Shown: piece by piece, positions 1 to 10,278 of the stretch | Layout of the letters: each line of letters opens with the position of its first letter | Position numbering within the stretch: position 1 is the first letter of the stretch | DNA from: an uncultured Alphaproteobacteria bacterium | Lineage (GTDB): Bacteria; Pseudomonadota; Alphaproteobacteria; UBA11222 | DNA: 64,000 bases | Assembly (NCBI GenBank): GCA_947085465.1 | Contig: CAMTWQ010000025.1 | Coordinates: 7,691-71,690, forward strand | Direction of reading: 5' to 3' | The notes under the pieces: model-generated | Databases searched by the model: none | What the model saw: only the letters and a program-made list of their open reading frames with translations | What the model was told of the DNA's origin: nothing | Translations under genes and position numbers: made by a program

Positions 1-586
1 TGGCCTTTTCCGACGAGTGCACAAGATTACGCCGCTTGCGCGCCAATTCAAACGCCACTTCCGCCACCCGGATGATTTCCGAAGTCGTATAAACTTGCGT
101 GTTGACGCCGCGCCGCTGCCCATCAGGCAGGGTTTCGATGCCGCGCGGCTCGCCGAAATACACGCCACCGGTCAGTTCGCGCACAATCAGAATATCCAGC
201 CCCGTCACCAGTTCCGGCTTCAGCGACGAGGCGCCCGCAAGCGCTGGAAAACAAATCGCCGGGCGCAGATTGGCGAACAAATCAAGCTCTTTGCGAAGCC
301 GCAGCAGGCCGCCTTCGGGCCGCATGTCAAAGCCAAGATTGTCCCATTTCGGGCCGCCGACCGAGCCGAACATCACCGCGTCCACGTTCATGGCCTTTTC
401 CAGCGCCTTGTCCGTCAGCGGCGTACGGTGTTTGTCGATGGATGCGCCGCCGACAATATCTTCGCTGACATCAAAGCTGATGGCGCGGCGTTTACCCAGC
501 CAATTGATCACGCGGCGCACTTCGCCCATGACCTCGGGTCCGATGCCATCACCCGGCAGAATTAAAATCGATCTGTTGCTGGGCAT
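1..586 (-). CDS. leuB: 3-isopropylmalate dehydrogenase, N-terminal part (gene continues beyond window start)
   Basis: Absent from the ORF track because it leaves the window. My minus-strand translation from the ATG at 586-584 gives [30 protein letters not shown]..., the [10 protein letters not shown]-terminus typical of IPMDH. It lies directly downstream of leuD. Confidence 0.85.
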   Translation of the reverse strand, partial: MPSNRSILILPGDGIGPEVMGEVRRVINWLGKRRAISFDVSEDIVGGASIDKHRTPLTDKALEKAMNVDAVMFGSVGGPKWDNLGFDMRPEGGLLRLRKELDLFANLRPAICFPALAGASSLKPELVTGLDILIVRELTGGVYFGEPRGIETLPDGQRRGVNTQVYTTSEIIRVAEVAFELARKRRNLVHSSEKA

Positions 587-602
587 AAATGTTATCTTCT
601 TC

Positions 603-1208
603 TTATAGCCAGGGCTGCGCGGCGGCGCGTTTTTGCTCGTACTGATCGATCTTCTGGTTCTGCTGCATGGTCAGGCCGATATCATCCAGCCCCTCGATCA
701 GGCATTGCTTTCTATACGGATCAATTTCGAATTTCACCACGCCGCCATCGGGGCCGCGAATTTCCTGCGCGGCCAGATCGATACTGACCACCGCATTGGC
801 GCCGCGTTCGGCGTCGGCCATCAATTTGTCCACATCGGCCTGCGGCAATCTGATGGGCAGAATGCCGTTCTTGAAACAGTTATTATAAAAAATATCGGCA
901 AAGCTGGTGGCGATGAGGCAGCGCACGCCAAAATCCAGCAGCGCCCACGGCGCATGTTCGCGGCTCGACCCGCAACCGAAATTTTCGCCCGTCACCAGAA
1001 TTTGCGCCTTGCGGTAGGCCGGTTTGTTCAGCACGAAATCCGGCTTTTCCTTGCCATCGGCCGTATAACGCATTTCATCAAACAGGTTCTTACCCAGCCC
1101 CGACCGCTTGATGGTCTTCAGAAACTGTTTTGGAATGATCATATCGGTATCGACATTGATCTGCGGCAGCGGCGCCGCCACGCCGGTTAACTTGTCAAAT
1201 TTCTGCAT
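603..1208 (-). CDS. leuD: 3-isopropylmalate dehydratase small subunit
   Basis: 201-aa [20 protein letters not shown] motif and overall LeuD-like sequence. Synteny with leuC and leuB. Confidence 0.95.
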   Translation of the reverse strand: MQKFDKLTGVAAPLPQINVDTDMIIPKQFLKTIKRSGLGKNLFDEMRYTADGKEKPDFVLNKPAYRKAQILVTGENFGCGSSREHAPWALLDFGVRCLIATSFADIFYNNCFKNGILPIRLPQADVDKLMADAERGANAVVSIDLAAQEIRGPDGGVVKFEIDPYRKQCLIEGLDDIGLTMQQNQKIDQYEQKRAAAQPWL

Positions 1209-1292
1209 TGTTGTTTGTCCTCAATATTAACTCCACTCCTATCCCCTGCCCACAAGGGAGAGGCGAAGAGTTTCCCTACTACGAACCTGACT

Positions 1293-1329
1293 CCCCTCCC
1301 CTTGATGGGGAGGGGTTGGGGGTGGGGTG
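1293..1329. repeat. Left terminal inverted repeat of the DUF559 cassette (hairpin cccctcccc-ttgat-ggggagggg followed by ttgggggtggggtg)
   Basis: Its reverse-complement partner lies at 1682-1718. The two 37-nt units are near identical when one is reverse-complemented. A degenerate extra hairpin copy lies at 1241-1262. Confidence 0.85.
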
Positions 1330-1341
1330 CCTAAACATGAC

Positions 1342-1680
1342 TCATTCAAGTCCAATTTCCAGTCTGATCATCTGCATGACGCCCTCAACATTCCCCAACA
1401 CATCATTATTCCAGAACCGCAACATCCTATACCCCTGACTTTCGAGCCAAGCTGTTCGTTCCACATCCTTTATCAAAACCTTACCATCTGCGTGCTGTCC
1501 GCCATCACATTCAATCACAAGATTTGCGGAATGACATGCGAAGTCAGCTATATAAATTCCTATGGGCGCTTGCCGTCTGAAATGAAATCCTTCAGTTCTC
1601 AGCTCTCTTAATTTGCTCCAAAGCCTCTGCTCAGCATCTGTCTGGTTCAAACGAAGTTGCCGCGCCCTTTCATTTACCAT
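1342..1680 (-). CDS. DUF559 (Vsr-like endonuclease fold) domain protein
   Basis: MVNERARQLRLNQTDAEQRLWSKLR...FRRQAPIGIYIADFACHSANLVIECDGGQH...LRFWNNDV matches my memory of DUF559 proteins. I moved the start to the internal Met (codon 21 of the track ORF) because the upstream 20 codons translate the G-rich inverted repeat. Confidence 0.75.
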   Translation of the reverse strand: MVNERARQLRLNQTDAEQRLWSKLRELRTEGFHFRRQAPIGIYIADFACHSANLVIECDGGQHADGKVLIKDVERTAWLESQGYRMLRFWNNDVLGNVEGVMQMIRLEIGLE

Positions 1681-1681
1681 T

Positions 1682-1718
1682 ACCCCCACCCCTAACCCCT
1701 CCCCACAAGGGGGAGGGG
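1682..1718. repeat. Right terminal inverted repeat of the DUF559 cassette
   Basis: acccccacccctaacccctcccc-acaa-gggggagggg. Its reverse complement aligns with 1293-1329. Confidence 0.85.
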
Positions 1719-1758
1719 AAGAATGTAAAATCAAATACAACCATTCTAACCGAAAAAT

Positions 1759-2418
1759 TTATCTATTTACCTTTTTGGCGCCACTTACGTAAGGAGAGCT
1801 TCTTGGCTTATCCACTTTACCTCTTCCGCTATGAGTGACAAAACCTTCGGGGAGCGCTCGTAATTCATCATCGGACATTTTCTCTACCTGAAGTGTAACA
1901 AGCGCTTTCAACTCCTCAATGCGAGGCTTAACAAATTTAACTATGATATTCTCTATGCGTTGTGCAAGTTGACGAACATCATCAAAGCCGAACTCCATTC
2001 CATAAATTGAAGAAGACCCCAGTCCTCCACGAGCCAGTGAACCATTGACAATATCTTCCGCTATATGAATTGTCATATTGGCGCGCTCATATCCATTCAC
2101 AGAATGAGCTAAATGCTTGTCCACAAGACCGAGACAAAATTCGTGGTGCTCATGGTCTTCGGCTGACAGAAAGTTGCACTCATCAATTTTAATAGACACC
2201 CTGCAGCCGGTATTGAAACACCGGCGATAGTTAATCAATGCTGAGGTGCAAAGCGCCCTAGCAACGTGGTGAAATGGTGTTATAAATTCGCCTCGACTGA
2301 GAAGTTCATTGCAGCAAGCGACAATATGTTCCAAGTCAAACAAAACACACTCGAAGCCCGCAGCGTCGCGGGCCTCCACGCTGGATATCAATTTTGGCTT
2401 AAATGTTTTTCCTGCCAT
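1759..2418 (-). CDS. Hypothetical protein (219 aa), AT-richer than its neighbours, inserted between leuC and leuD
   Basis: Uninterrupted ORF that starts 19 nt after the leuC stop on the same strand. I recognise no family motif. It has a His/Cys-rich stretch (SAEDHEHHEFC, DKHLAHS). Confidence 0.55.
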   Translation of the reverse strand: MAGKTFKPKLISSVEARDAAGFECVLFDLEHIVACCNELLSRGEFITPFHHVARALCTSALINYRRCFNTGCRVSIKIDECNFLSAEDHEHHEFCLGLVDKHLAHSVNGYERANMTIHIAEDIVNGSLARGGLGSSSIYGMEFGFDDVRQLAQRIENIIVKFVKPRIEELKALVTLQVEKMSDDELRALPEGFVTHSGRGKVDKPRSSPYVSGAKKVNR

Positions 2419-2436
2419 AATTTGTAACTACTTCCA

Positions 2437-3843
2437 CTACTCCAAATCCCTTACATCCATCAGATGGCCGGTTACGGCCGCCGCCACCGCCATGGCGGGG
2501 CTTACCAGATGGGTGCGACCGCCACGGCCCTGACGGCCCTCGAAATTGCGGTTGGAGGTGGAGGCGCAACGCTCTCCGGGTTCCAGCTTGTCGGCATTCA
2601 TCGCCAGACACATGGAGCAGCCCGGCTCGCGCCACTCAAAGCCCGCCGCGATAAAAATTTTATCCAGGCCTTCCCGTTCGGCTTGCTCTTTCACCAGACC
2701 CGAACCCGGCACCACCATGGCGCCCACATGCGCTGCGACCTTGCGGCCCTTTGCGAGCTTGGCGGCGGCGCGCAAATCCTCGATGCGGCCATTGGTGCAG
2801 GAACCGATAAATACCCGGTCGATTTTAACCTCGGTCAACGGCGTCCCCGCCGTCAGGCCCATATAATCAAGCGCGCGCAACATGGATGCCCGGCGCGCAG
2901 CGTCAGGTTCGGCCGCCGGATCGGGCACCTTGCCGGTAATCGGCAGCACGTCTTCGGGGCTGGTGCCCCAGGTCACCTGCGGCGCAATATCGGCGGCGTT
3001 CAATATTACTTCGCGGTCGAAATGCGCGCCCGCATCGCTGGCCAGGGTGCGCCAAGCGTTGAGCGCCAGTTCCCATTGCCCGCCCTTTGGCGCGCGGGGC
3101 TTGCCCATCACGTAGGCGAAGGTGGTTTCATCGGGCGCAATCAGGCCGGCGCGTGCGCCCGCCTCTATGGTCATGTTGCAGACCGTCATGCGGCCTTCCA
3201 TGCTCAGTGCACGGATGGCTTCGCCCGCAAATTCGATGACATGGCCGGTGCCGCCTGCGGTGCCGATCTTGCCGATAATCGCCAGCACAATGTCCTTGGC
3301 GGTGCAGCCCGCGGTCAATTTTCCATCCACCGTGACGCGCATGTTTTTTGCGGGCGCCTGAATGAGCGTCTGCGTCGCCAGCACATGTTCGACCTCCGAG
3401 GTGCCAATGCCGAACGCCAGCGCCCCAAACGCGCCATGGGTGGCGGTGTGGCTGTCGCCGCAGACAATGGTCATGCCGGGTTGCGTGAGGCCCTGTTCCG
3501 GCCCGACAATATGCACGATGCCCTGGCGGATATCGCTCATCGGCAGATATTCAACGCCGAACTCCGCGCAGTTTTCTTCCAGGGTTTCGATCTGGATGCG
3601 CGATTCTTCGTCTTCAATGCCTTTGCTGCGGTCCGTAGTTGGAACATTGTGATCGGCAACTGCAAGGGTTGCACCGGCGCGGCGCACCTTGCGGCCCGTC
3701 ATGCGCAAGCCTTCAAAAGCCTGCGGGCTGGTGACTTCGTGCACCAGATGCCGGTCGATATAGATCAGGCAGGTTCCGTCGCTCTGGACATTGACCAGAT
3801 GCGACTGCCAGATTTTGTCATACAGCGTGCTCGGGCCAGCCAT
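2437..3843 (-). CDS. leuC: 3-isopropylmalate dehydratase large subunit
   Basis: 468 aa. Aconitase-family motifs ([27 protein letters not shown]). Confidence 0.95.
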   Translation of the reverse strand: MAGPSTLYDKIWQSHLVNVQSDGTCLIYIDRHLVHEVTSPQAFEGLRMTGRKVRRAGATLAVADHNVPTTDRSKGIEDEESRIQIETLEENCAEFGVEYLPMSDIRQGIVHIVGPEQGLTQPGMTIVCGDSHTATHGAFGALAFGIGTSEVEHVLATQTLIQAPAKNMRVTVDGKLTAGCTAKDIVLAIIGKIGTAGGTGHVIEFAGEAIRALSMEGRMTVCNMTIEAGARAGLIAPDETTFAYVMGKPRAPKGGQWELALNAWRTLASDAGAHFDREVILNAADIAPQVTWGTSPEDVLPITGKVPDPAAEPDAARRASMLRALDYMGLTAGTPLTEVKIDRVFIGSCTNGRIEDLRAAAKLAKGRKVAAHVGAMVVPGSGLVKEQAEREGLDKIFIAAGFEWREPGCSMCLAMNADKLEPGERCASTSNRNFEGRQGRGGRTHLVSPAMAVAAAVTGHLMDVRDLE

Positions 3844-3863
3844 CGAACCACCTCCAGCAGCGA

Positions 3864-4244
3864 TTAATCGCGAACGGTTTTCTTTTCCTGGATGCGGGCC
3901 GACTTGCCGGTCAGGCCGCGCAGATAATACAGCTTGGCGCGGCGCACGCGGCCCCGGCGCACGGTGATGATTTCATCGACCAGCGGGCTATACAGCGGGA
4001 ATACGCGCTCCACACCCTCGCCATAGGAAATCTTGCGGATGGTGAAATTCGCGTTCAGCGTCATGCCGCCGGAACGGCCGATGCACACGCCTTCAAACGG
4101 TTGCAGCCGTTCGCGGGTTCCTTCAACAACACGCACCATGACGCGCACCGTATCGCCCGGGCTAAAATCAGGAATTGTTTTGGCCTGAGTTTTCGCGGCG
4201 CGACTGGCAATCTGGTCTTGTTCAAACTGTTGTAGCAGGTTCAT
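3864..4244 (-). CDS. rplS: 50S ribosomal protein L19
   Basis: 126 aa. FSPGDTVRV...[11 protein letters not shown]...[11 protein letters not shown]. Position after trmD. Confidence 0.95.
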   Translation of the reverse strand: MNLLQQFEQDQIASRAAKTQAKTIPDFSPGDTVRVMVRVVEGTRERLQPFEGVCIGRSGGMTLNANFTIRKISYGEGVERVFPLYSPLVDEIITVRRGRVRRAKLYYLRGLTGKSARIQEKKTVRD

Positions 4245-4936
4245 TGCTCACTCTCCTTAAACTTGGCATGTGACCGCCACAAATCTGGCCGCCGCGTGCG
4301 CGTAATATCTTCGGCTGCCTGTTGCCGCCATTTGCGAATGGCGGCGTGATTGCCGGACAGCAGCACCGGCGGTATCTCATGCCCCTCCCAAACTGCGGGG
4401 CGGGTATAGTGGGGATACTCCAGCAATCCCTTCTCGAAACTTTCTTCCATCAATGCGGTTGCATCACCAACCACTCCAGGCAACAACCGCACCACCGCAT
4501 CAAGCAAGGCGATTGCGGCAGGCTCACCCCCCGACAGCACAAAATCGCCGAGCGAGACCTGCTCCGCCGCGCGCGCCATTAGCACCCGCTCGTCAACCCC
4601 CTCAAACCGGCCACACACCACGACCACGCCAGAACCCGCCGCCAATTCGCGCACCCGATCTTGAGTAAGCGGCGCACCACGCGGCGTCAGATAAAGTAAT
4701 GGCCTCGGCCCAGCTTCGCGCGCCCGAACATCATCAATAGCGGCTGCCAAGACATCTGGCCGCATCACCATGCCAGGGCCGCCACCTGCGGGGGTGTCGT
4801 CCACGGAGCGGTGTTTATCGCCCGCAAATGCGCGAATGTCCACCGTTTCCAGGCGCCAAAGCCCTGCTTGCAGCGCTTTTCCCGCCAAACTATAGCCTAG
4901 CGGCCCTGGAAACATCTCCGTAAACAGGGTCAGCAC
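4241..4936 (-). CDS. trmD: tRNA (guanine37-N1)-methyltransferase
   Basis: 231 aa. [11 protein letters not shown]...[17 protein letters not shown] motifs. 4-nt overlap with rplS. Confidence 0.92.
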   Translation of the reverse strand: MLTLFTEMFPGPLGYSLAGKALQAGLWRLETVDIRAFAGDKHRSVDDTPAGGGPGMVMRPDVLAAAIDDVRAREAGPRPLLYLTPRGAPLTQDRVRELAAGSGVVVVCGRFEGVDERVLMARAAEQVSLGDFVLSGGEPAAIALLDAVVRLLPGVVGDATALMEESFEKGLLEYPHYTRPAVWEGHEIPPVLLSGNHAAIRKWRQQAAEDITRTRRPDLWRSHAKFKESEQ

Positions 4937-4974
4937 TGTGGCGGTCCAGGTATTTGAGGACTTTTGCAGCGTGG

Positions 4975-5526
4975 CTACTCCTCTGGCATTAGCCCAGGCG
5001 GCGGGTTTACCCGGACGAACCCCTTGGCGTCACCCTTTCCCATTCTCACTTCAATTACCACTTCAAGATTAAACGGCAACATTACGTTTTGCGGCTTTCG
5101 CCCGGGTTCCGGCGTCAGCGCCACTTCGATCAAATCCCCCGCACCAAAATTATACACCCCGACGATTTCCCCATCGGGGCGCGGCCCGTCTTGCCACTGA
5201 ACTGCCAAGCCAATTAAATCAGCGTGATAGAATTCCTCATCTGCTGCCAATTCCGGCAAGGCGGATCGTGGGACGTGTAGGCTTACGCCCTTTAGCGCCT
5301 CTGCTGCGTCCCGATCCGTAATCCCGGAAAGCTTTGCGGCCACGCCATCCTTCAGCACCTGTGTTACTTTCAGGCTAAAGCGGCGCGCCCCATCTCCGGT
5401 TTCGACCGGACCAAACGCCCCAACATCTTCGGGGCGATCCGTAAAGCACTTGACCCGCACCAGACCCTGCACCCCATGAGCGCCGAGTATCGCGCCAATA
5501 CAGACCCGGTCTTGCAGGGGTTGCAA
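4975..5526 (-). CDS. rimM: Ribosome maturation factor RimM
   Basis: 183 aa. Starts [16 protein letters not shown]. Canonical position between rpsP and trmD. Confidence 0.88.
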   Translation of the reverse strand: MQPLQDRVCIGAILGAHGVQGLVRVKCFTDRPEDVGAFGPVETGDGARRFSLKVTQVLKDGVAAKLSGITDRDAAEALKGVSLHVPRSALPELAADEEFYHADLIGLAVQWQDGPRPDGEIVGVYNFGAGDLIEVALTPEPGRKPQNVMLPFNLEVVIEVRMGKGDAKGFVRVNPPPGLMPEE

Positions 5527-5532
5527 GACTGC

Positions 5533-5967
5533 CTAACCTTCGGCTGACTCTGCCGCCTCTGGGGCCGCCTCTGGGGCCACTTCTGGGGCGGGCGCTGCGG
5601 CGGCTGCAGCGACTGCGGCGGCGGCCTTCGCGTCAGCCTCGGCCTTTTGCGCCACACGTTCCAGCGCCTTGGCCTTTGGCTTGCCTTGCTGCGGATTATT
5701 GCCGGCGTCTGGTTTTGCCATCAATCCCGCATCGCCCAGCATGCGCGCAACCCGATCCGTAGGGCATGCGCCAACACCAAGCCAATGAGTGATGCGCTCG
5801 TTCACCAGCTTCATGCGCTGCGCATGGTCCTTGGGCAGCAGCGGATTGAAAAAGCCGAGCTGCTCAATAAAGCGGCCATCACGCGGCGCGCGGGCATCTG
5901 CCACAACGATACGGTAAAATGGGCGTTTTTTTGCGCCGTGCCGGGCAAGGCGAATTTTAAGTGACAT
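5533..5967 (-). CDS. rpsP: 30S ribosomal protein S16 (with Ala/Pro-rich C-terminal tail)
   Basis: [27 protein letters not shown]-terminus. 144 aa. Confidence 0.95.
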   Translation of the reverse strand: MSLKIRLARHGAKKRPFYRIVVADARAPRDGRFIEQLGFFNPLLPKDHAQRMKLVNERITHWLGVGACPTDRVARMLGDAGLMAKPDAGNNPQQGKPKAKALERVAQKAEADAKAAAAVAAAAAAPAPEVAPEAAPEAAESAEG

Positions 5968-6005
5968 TGTGATTCCCTGGTTGTGTTTTGAGTTGCGTTA
6001 GTTCG

Positions 6006-7460
6006 TTAGCGTTTGAAGCCGGGAAAGCCAGGCGGCAGCGGCGGCATGCCGGCATTCGGCCCGCCAAGGCCCGGCAATGCGCCAGGTTTGAAACCCGGCG
6101 GCAATGCGGGCATTCCACCGCCGCCCATTCCGGTTAACCCGCCCAGCATGCTTTTCATGCCTTGCTTGCCGACCTTCTTCATCATATCGGCCATTTGCCG
6201 GTGCATTTTCAGCAGCCGGTTCACGTCCTGCACGCTGGTTCCGGAACCAGCGGCAATGCGTTTTTTTCGCGAGCCGCCAAGGATCTTTGGTTTGCGCCGT
6301 TCTAGTTGGGTCATGGAATGCACGATGGCCTCCTGACGCTTGAGCATTTTGTCATCCAAGCCTGCTGCGGACAATTGACTTTTCACCTTGCCGACCCCCG
6401 GCAACATGCCAAGCACCCCCTGCATCCCACCCATTCTACGCATTTGCGCCAATTGCTCCGCCAGGTCGTCGAGATCAAACTCGCCCTTTTGCATTTTTTT
6501 GGCGAGTTTTTCGGCCTTTTCGGCCTCGAAGCTCTCAGCGGCGCGCTCGACGAGGCCAACCACATCGCCCATGCCAAGAATCCGCCCAGCGATCCGCTCT
6601 GGATGAAAATCCTCCAGTTCTTCAAGCTTTTCGCCAACGCCAATGGCCTTGATCGGGCAACCGGTGATAGCGCGCATGGAAAGCGCCGCGCCGCCGCGCC
6701 CATCGCCATCCACGCGGGTCAGAATAATGCCGGTAAGCGGCGTGCGCGCATGAAAGCTTTGCGCCACATTCACAGCGTCCTGGCCGGTCAAGCTGTCGGC
6801 GACCAGCAAGCATTCATGGGGGTTGACGGCGGCGCGCACCGCCGCCACCTCGGCCATCAGCGCTTCGTCTATATGGGTGCGCCCGGCGGTATCGAGCATC
6901 ACCACGTCAAAGCCGCCCAGCCTGCCAGCCTCCATGGCGCGCTTGGCGATATCCACCGGCATTTGCCCAGCGACGATGGGCAGGGTGGCGACACCCGCCT
7001 GCACGCCCAGCACCTTCAATTGTTCCTGGGCGGCAGGCCGCTGCACATCCAGCGACGCCATCAGCACTTTTTTGCGGTCGCGCTTTTGCAGCCGCATAGC
7101 GAGTTTTGCGGTGGTTGTGGTTTTACCCGAACCTTGCAGGCCAACTATCAGCACCGGCACCGGCGCGGGCGCGTTAAGATCAATGCCCTGGGCCGTATCG
7201 CCCAGCATCGCCACAAGACTGTCGTGCACAATCTTGATCACCATCTGGCCCGGCGTGACCGATTTGACGACTTCGGCCCCAATGGCGCGCTCACGCACCC
7301 TGGCGATGAAATCGCGCGCCACCGGCAGCGCCACGTCGGCTTCCAGCAGCGCGCGGCGCACTTCGCGCATGGCGGCGTCCACATCCGCCTCACTCAGCGA
7401 CGCCTGTTTGCGCAGCGCATCGAAAATGCCGGATAGGCGCTCGGAAAGACTTTCAAACAT
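6006..7460 (-). CDS. ffh: Signal recognition particle protein Ffh
   Basis: 484 aa. GLQGSGKTTT P-loop, DTAGR, Met-rich M domain and Gly/Pro-rich tail. Confidence 0.95.
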   Translation of the reverse strand: MFESLSERLSGIFDALRKQASLSEADVDAAMREVRRALLEADVALPVARDFIARVRERAIGAEVVKSVTPGQMVIKIVHDSLVAMLGDTAQGIDLNAPAPVPVLIVGLQGSGKTTTTAKLAMRLQKRDRKKVLMASLDVQRPAAQEQLKVLGVQAGVATLPIVAGQMPVDIAKRAMEAGRLGGFDVVMLDTAGRTHIDEALMAEVAAVRAAVNPHECLLVADSLTGQDAVNVAQSFHARTPLTGIILTRVDGDGRGGAALSMRAITGCPIKAIGVGEKLEELEDFHPERIAGRILGMGDVVGLVERAAESFEAEKAEKLAKKMQKGEFDLDDLAEQLAQMRRMGGMQGVLGMLPGVGKVKSQLSAAGLDDKMLKRQEAIVHSMTQLERRKPKILGGSRKKRIAAGSGTSVQDVNRLLKMHRQMADMMKKVGKQGMKSMLGGLTGMGGGGMPALPPGFKPGALPGLGGPNAGMPPLPPGFPGFKR

Positions 7461-7620
7461 CGCGTGTTAGCCTGTAATACAATACAAAATGCGCCAGTGG
7501 GCGAAACCTCGCTGACTGGCGGGACGTGTTTTCCGATCATCGCTATGATGGATCGGAGCGGAAGTTAGGCTCGCGCCAGGCTAGAGTCAAGTTTTAGCGG
7601 CTAAATTAGAAGGAAACACC

Positions 7621-8133
7621 ATGTTCCCACCGAGCCTGATGGCGCTTGCTGGCCCAGTGGCGGCTATGCTGATTGCCCGCAACCAAACCGTTTCGGTAGC
7701 AGAATCGTCCTGTGGCGGGCTGATTTCAGCGGCGCTGGTGGCTGTTCCTGGCGCCTCTGCCTATTATATTGGCGGCGGGATTGTGTACACGGCCCAGGGC
7801 GGCAGGGCGTTGCTGCCAGAACGGCCAAAAGGGATGAAATCCGCCACCCAGGATTTCGCCCTGTTCGAAGCGCGCAGCATCCGTGAAAAGATGGGTAGCA
7901 CCTGGGGCATCGGCGAAACAGGCGCCAGCGGGCCAAGCGGCAATCCCTATGGCAACCCGCCGGGCCATGCCTGTATCGCCATTAGCGGGCCACCCTCGGC
8001 GCTAGCGCCGGCACAGAGAATCGAGCGGGTGATCACCCTGGCCACGGGAAATTCTGACCGGGAAGCCAATATGTGGGTGTTTAGCGCCGCCGCCCTTGAT
8101 CTGCTGGTCAAGGCGCTCAGTGAGACGCCGTAG
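7621..8133 (+). CDS. CinA-family / PncC-like nicotinamide-nucleotide amidohydrolase domain protein
   Basis: 170 aa. TVSVAESSCGGLISAAL...YYIGGGIVYT resembles the CinA C-terminal domain signature. Confidence 0.7.
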   Translation: MFPPSLMALAGPVAAMLIARNQTVSVAESSCGGLISAALVAVPGASAYYIGGGIVYTAQGGRALLPERPKGMKSATQDFALFEARSIREKMGSTWGIGETGASGPSGNPYGNPPGHACIAISGPPSALAPAQRIERVITLATGNSDREANMWVFSAAALDLLVKALSETP

Positions 8134-8139
8134 GCGCCG

Positions 8140-9288
8140 ATGCGGGTGTTACATATCATTACCGGGCTTGGGGTTGGCGGCGCGGAAACCATGCTGCGCA
8201 AGCTGCTCGCCACACAAGCGCGCGAGCAAGTTGCAAGCCATGTCATAGCGCTGCGCGATGGGCCAATAGCAGCAGAAATTAGAGCGCTTGGCGTTGCGGT
8301 GGAGATCATAGAATTTACGGGCGCCCGCCACGCGCCGGCCGCGATGTTACGCCTCATACGCGCGATCCGCGCCATTGCGCCGGATCTGGTGCAGACCTGG
8401 ATGTATCACGGCGATCTGATTGGCGGGCTGGCGGCGAAGCTGGCCCGGCCAAGAACACCCGTTATATGGAATATACGATTGAGCGAGATCGATCCGGCCT
8501 ATGTGGGAAAGGCGACCCGCGCCGTGATACGCGCCTCTGCGTTGCTCTCGCATGTCATTCCAGAGGCGATTATTGTCAATGCGGATAAGGCGCGTCACAG
8601 CCACAGTGCGCTTGGCTATGCGGCGAAGAAATTCGTTCTTATCCCGAACGGCTTTGACACAGAAAAATTCCGCCCTGACAACGGTGCGCGCACGGCGTTT
8701 CGCGACATGCTTGGCATTCGCCAGGAAGCATTGGTGATCGGTATCGCCGGGCGGTTTGATCCACAGAAAGACTATGCGAATTTCTTCGCCGCAGGCCGTG
8801 AGGTTTGCGCGGCGCGCCCCGATGCGGTGCTGCTCGCCTGCGGCGAGGGGGTAAGCGCCAGCAATCCGCAACTGCTGCAAATGACTGACGGGTTCACCAC
8901 GGCGCAACTGCGTTTGCTGGGCCGGCGCAGCGATATGCCGCAGTTCTGGGCGGCGCTCGACATAGCCGTCTCAAGTTCGATAGGCGAGGGTTTTTCCAAC
9001 GCTATCGGCGAAGCCATGTGCGCAGGCGTCCCCTGTGTGGTGACGGATGTGGGCGATTCGGCGCGGATCGTCAGCGATACGGGCCGCGCCGTGCCGGCAA
9101 GGGATAGCCAAGCGCTCGCCCAGGCGATTTTGGCGCTGGCGGATATGCCGGCAACGGAGCGCCAGACGCTGGGCGCACTCGCCAGGGCGCATATGGTTGA
9201 GCACTATGGTTTACCCGCCGCCGCAGAGGGATTTTTCCATTTGTGGCAAGACGTGCTATCAGACAGATCGCGCGGCGGTAAGGATTGA
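8140..9288 (+). CDS. Glycosyltransferase, GT4-like (GT-B fold)
   Basis: 382 aa. MRVLHIITGLGVGGAE N-terminus and the EGFSNAIGEAMCAGVPCVVTDVG C-terminal motif. Confidence 0.85.
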   Translation: MRVLHIITGLGVGGAETMLRKLLATQAREQVASHVIALRDGPIAAEIRALGVAVEIIEFTGARHAPAAMLRLIRAIRAIAPDLVQTWMYHGDLIGGLAAKLARPRTPVIWNIRLSEIDPAYVGKATRAVIRASALLSHVIPEAIIVNADKARHSHSALGYAAKKFVLIPNGFDTEKFRPDNGARTAFRDMLGIRQEALVIGIAGRFDPQKDYANFFAAGREVCAARPDAVLLACGEGVSASNPQLLQMTDGFTTAQLRLLGRRSDMPQFWAALDIAVSSSIGEGFSNAIGEAMCAGVPCVVTDVGDSARIVSDTGRAVPARDSQALAQAILALADMPATERQTLGALARAHMVEHYGLPAAAEGFFHLWQDVLSDRSRGGKD

Positions 9289-9291
9289 AAG

Positions 9292-10275
9292 ATGCAGGTA
9301 CTGATTACAGGGGCGGCGGGGTTTATCGGCTCGCATGTGGCGCACAGATTACTGGCGCGCGGCGAGCAGGTGATTGGCCTCGACAATCTGAATGATTATT
9401 ACACCGTGCAGTTAAAGCGCGACCGGCTGGCGCGGTTGCAGGCATCGCCCAATTTTCAGTTTGTGCAGGCCGACATATCGGATCGCGAGGCGTTCAATGC
9501 GGCGCTGCGCGGCGTAAAAATCAACCGGATCGTTCATCTGGCGGCGCAGCCGGGGGTGCGCCATTCCATTGAGCATCCGTTTGCCTATACACAGGCCAAT
9601 GTGACCGGGCATCTGGTTGTTCTGGAATATTGCCGTCATCTGGCTGGCCTTGAACACCTGGTCTATGCCTCGTCCAGTTCTGTTTATGGCGGCAATGCAA
9701 AACTGCCGTTTTCCGAGACCGATAGTGTTGACCATCCAGTTTCGCTGTACGCCGCCACTAAAAAAGCCGGCGAACTGATGAGCCATACCTATGCGCATCT
9801 TTACCGCGTGCCGCAGACCGGCCTGCGGTTTTTTACCGTGTACGGGCCATGGGGCCGTCCGGATATGGCGATGTGGATATTTACTGAAGCGATTCTCAAC
9901 GGCAAACCAATCAGTGTCAATAATCATGGGGACATGAAACGCGACTTTACCTATGTGGATGATATTGTTACAGGCGTCGTTGCCTGTCTTGACGGGCCGC
10001 CTAAAGACGATGGAAAAACCGAGCCGCACCGGATTTATAATATCGGCAACCACCGTTCGGAAAAACTAACCTATATGATTGAGGTGCTGGAAAAGGCCTT
10101 GGGCCGCAAGGCGGAAAAAATCCTGGCGCCGATGCAACCGGGCGATGTGCCCGAAACCTATGCGGACATTACGGCTATTCAACGCGATCACGGGTTTTCA
10201 CCCACCACCAGCATTGATGAGGGCATTCCGCGTTTTGTGGAATGGTATAAAGCCTATCACGGCGTCAACGACTAG
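9292..10275 (+). CDS. NAD-dependent epimerase/dehydratase (UDP-glucuronate 4-epimerase-like)
   Basis: 327 aa. VLITGAAGFIGSH Rossmann motif, YAATKKAGE catalytic YxxxK, RFFTVYGPWGRPDMA. Confidence 0.85.
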   Translation: MQVLITGAAGFIGSHVAHRLLARGEQVIGLDNLNDYYTVQLKRDRLARLQASPNFQFVQADISDREAFNAALRGVKINRIVHLAAQPGVRHSIEHPFAYTQANVTGHLVVLEYCRHLAGLEHLVYASSSSVYGGNAKLPFSETDSVDHPVSLYAATKKAGELMSHTYAHLYRVPQTGLRFFTVYGPWGRPDMAMWIFTEAILNGKPISVNNHGDMKRDFTYVDDIVTGVVACLDGPPKDDGKTEPHRIYNIGNHRSEKLTYMIEVLEKALGRKAEKILAPMQPGDVPETYADITAIQRDHGFSPTTSIDEGIPRFVEWYKAYHGVND

Positions 10276-10278
10276 CCT

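Noticed and set aside
2464-3867. 467-aa plus-strand ORF covering all of leuC. Similar long ORFs lie antisense to ffh (6306-7436), hrcA (36903-38051), the helicase (33626-34606), the ureohydrolase (11398-12516) and ppdK.
   Set aside because: These are shadow ORFs, expected in GC-rich DNA opposite real genes. Their translations are Arg/Ala/Gly/His-rich low-complexity sequence with no motifs, while the opposite strand encodes unmistakable conserved proteins.
5533-5967. Unusually long S16 (144 aa) with an Ala/Pro/Glu-rich C-terminal tail.
   Set aside because: C-terminally extended S16 proteins are common in Alphaproteobacteria as far as I recall, so this is not evidence of a fusion or novelty.
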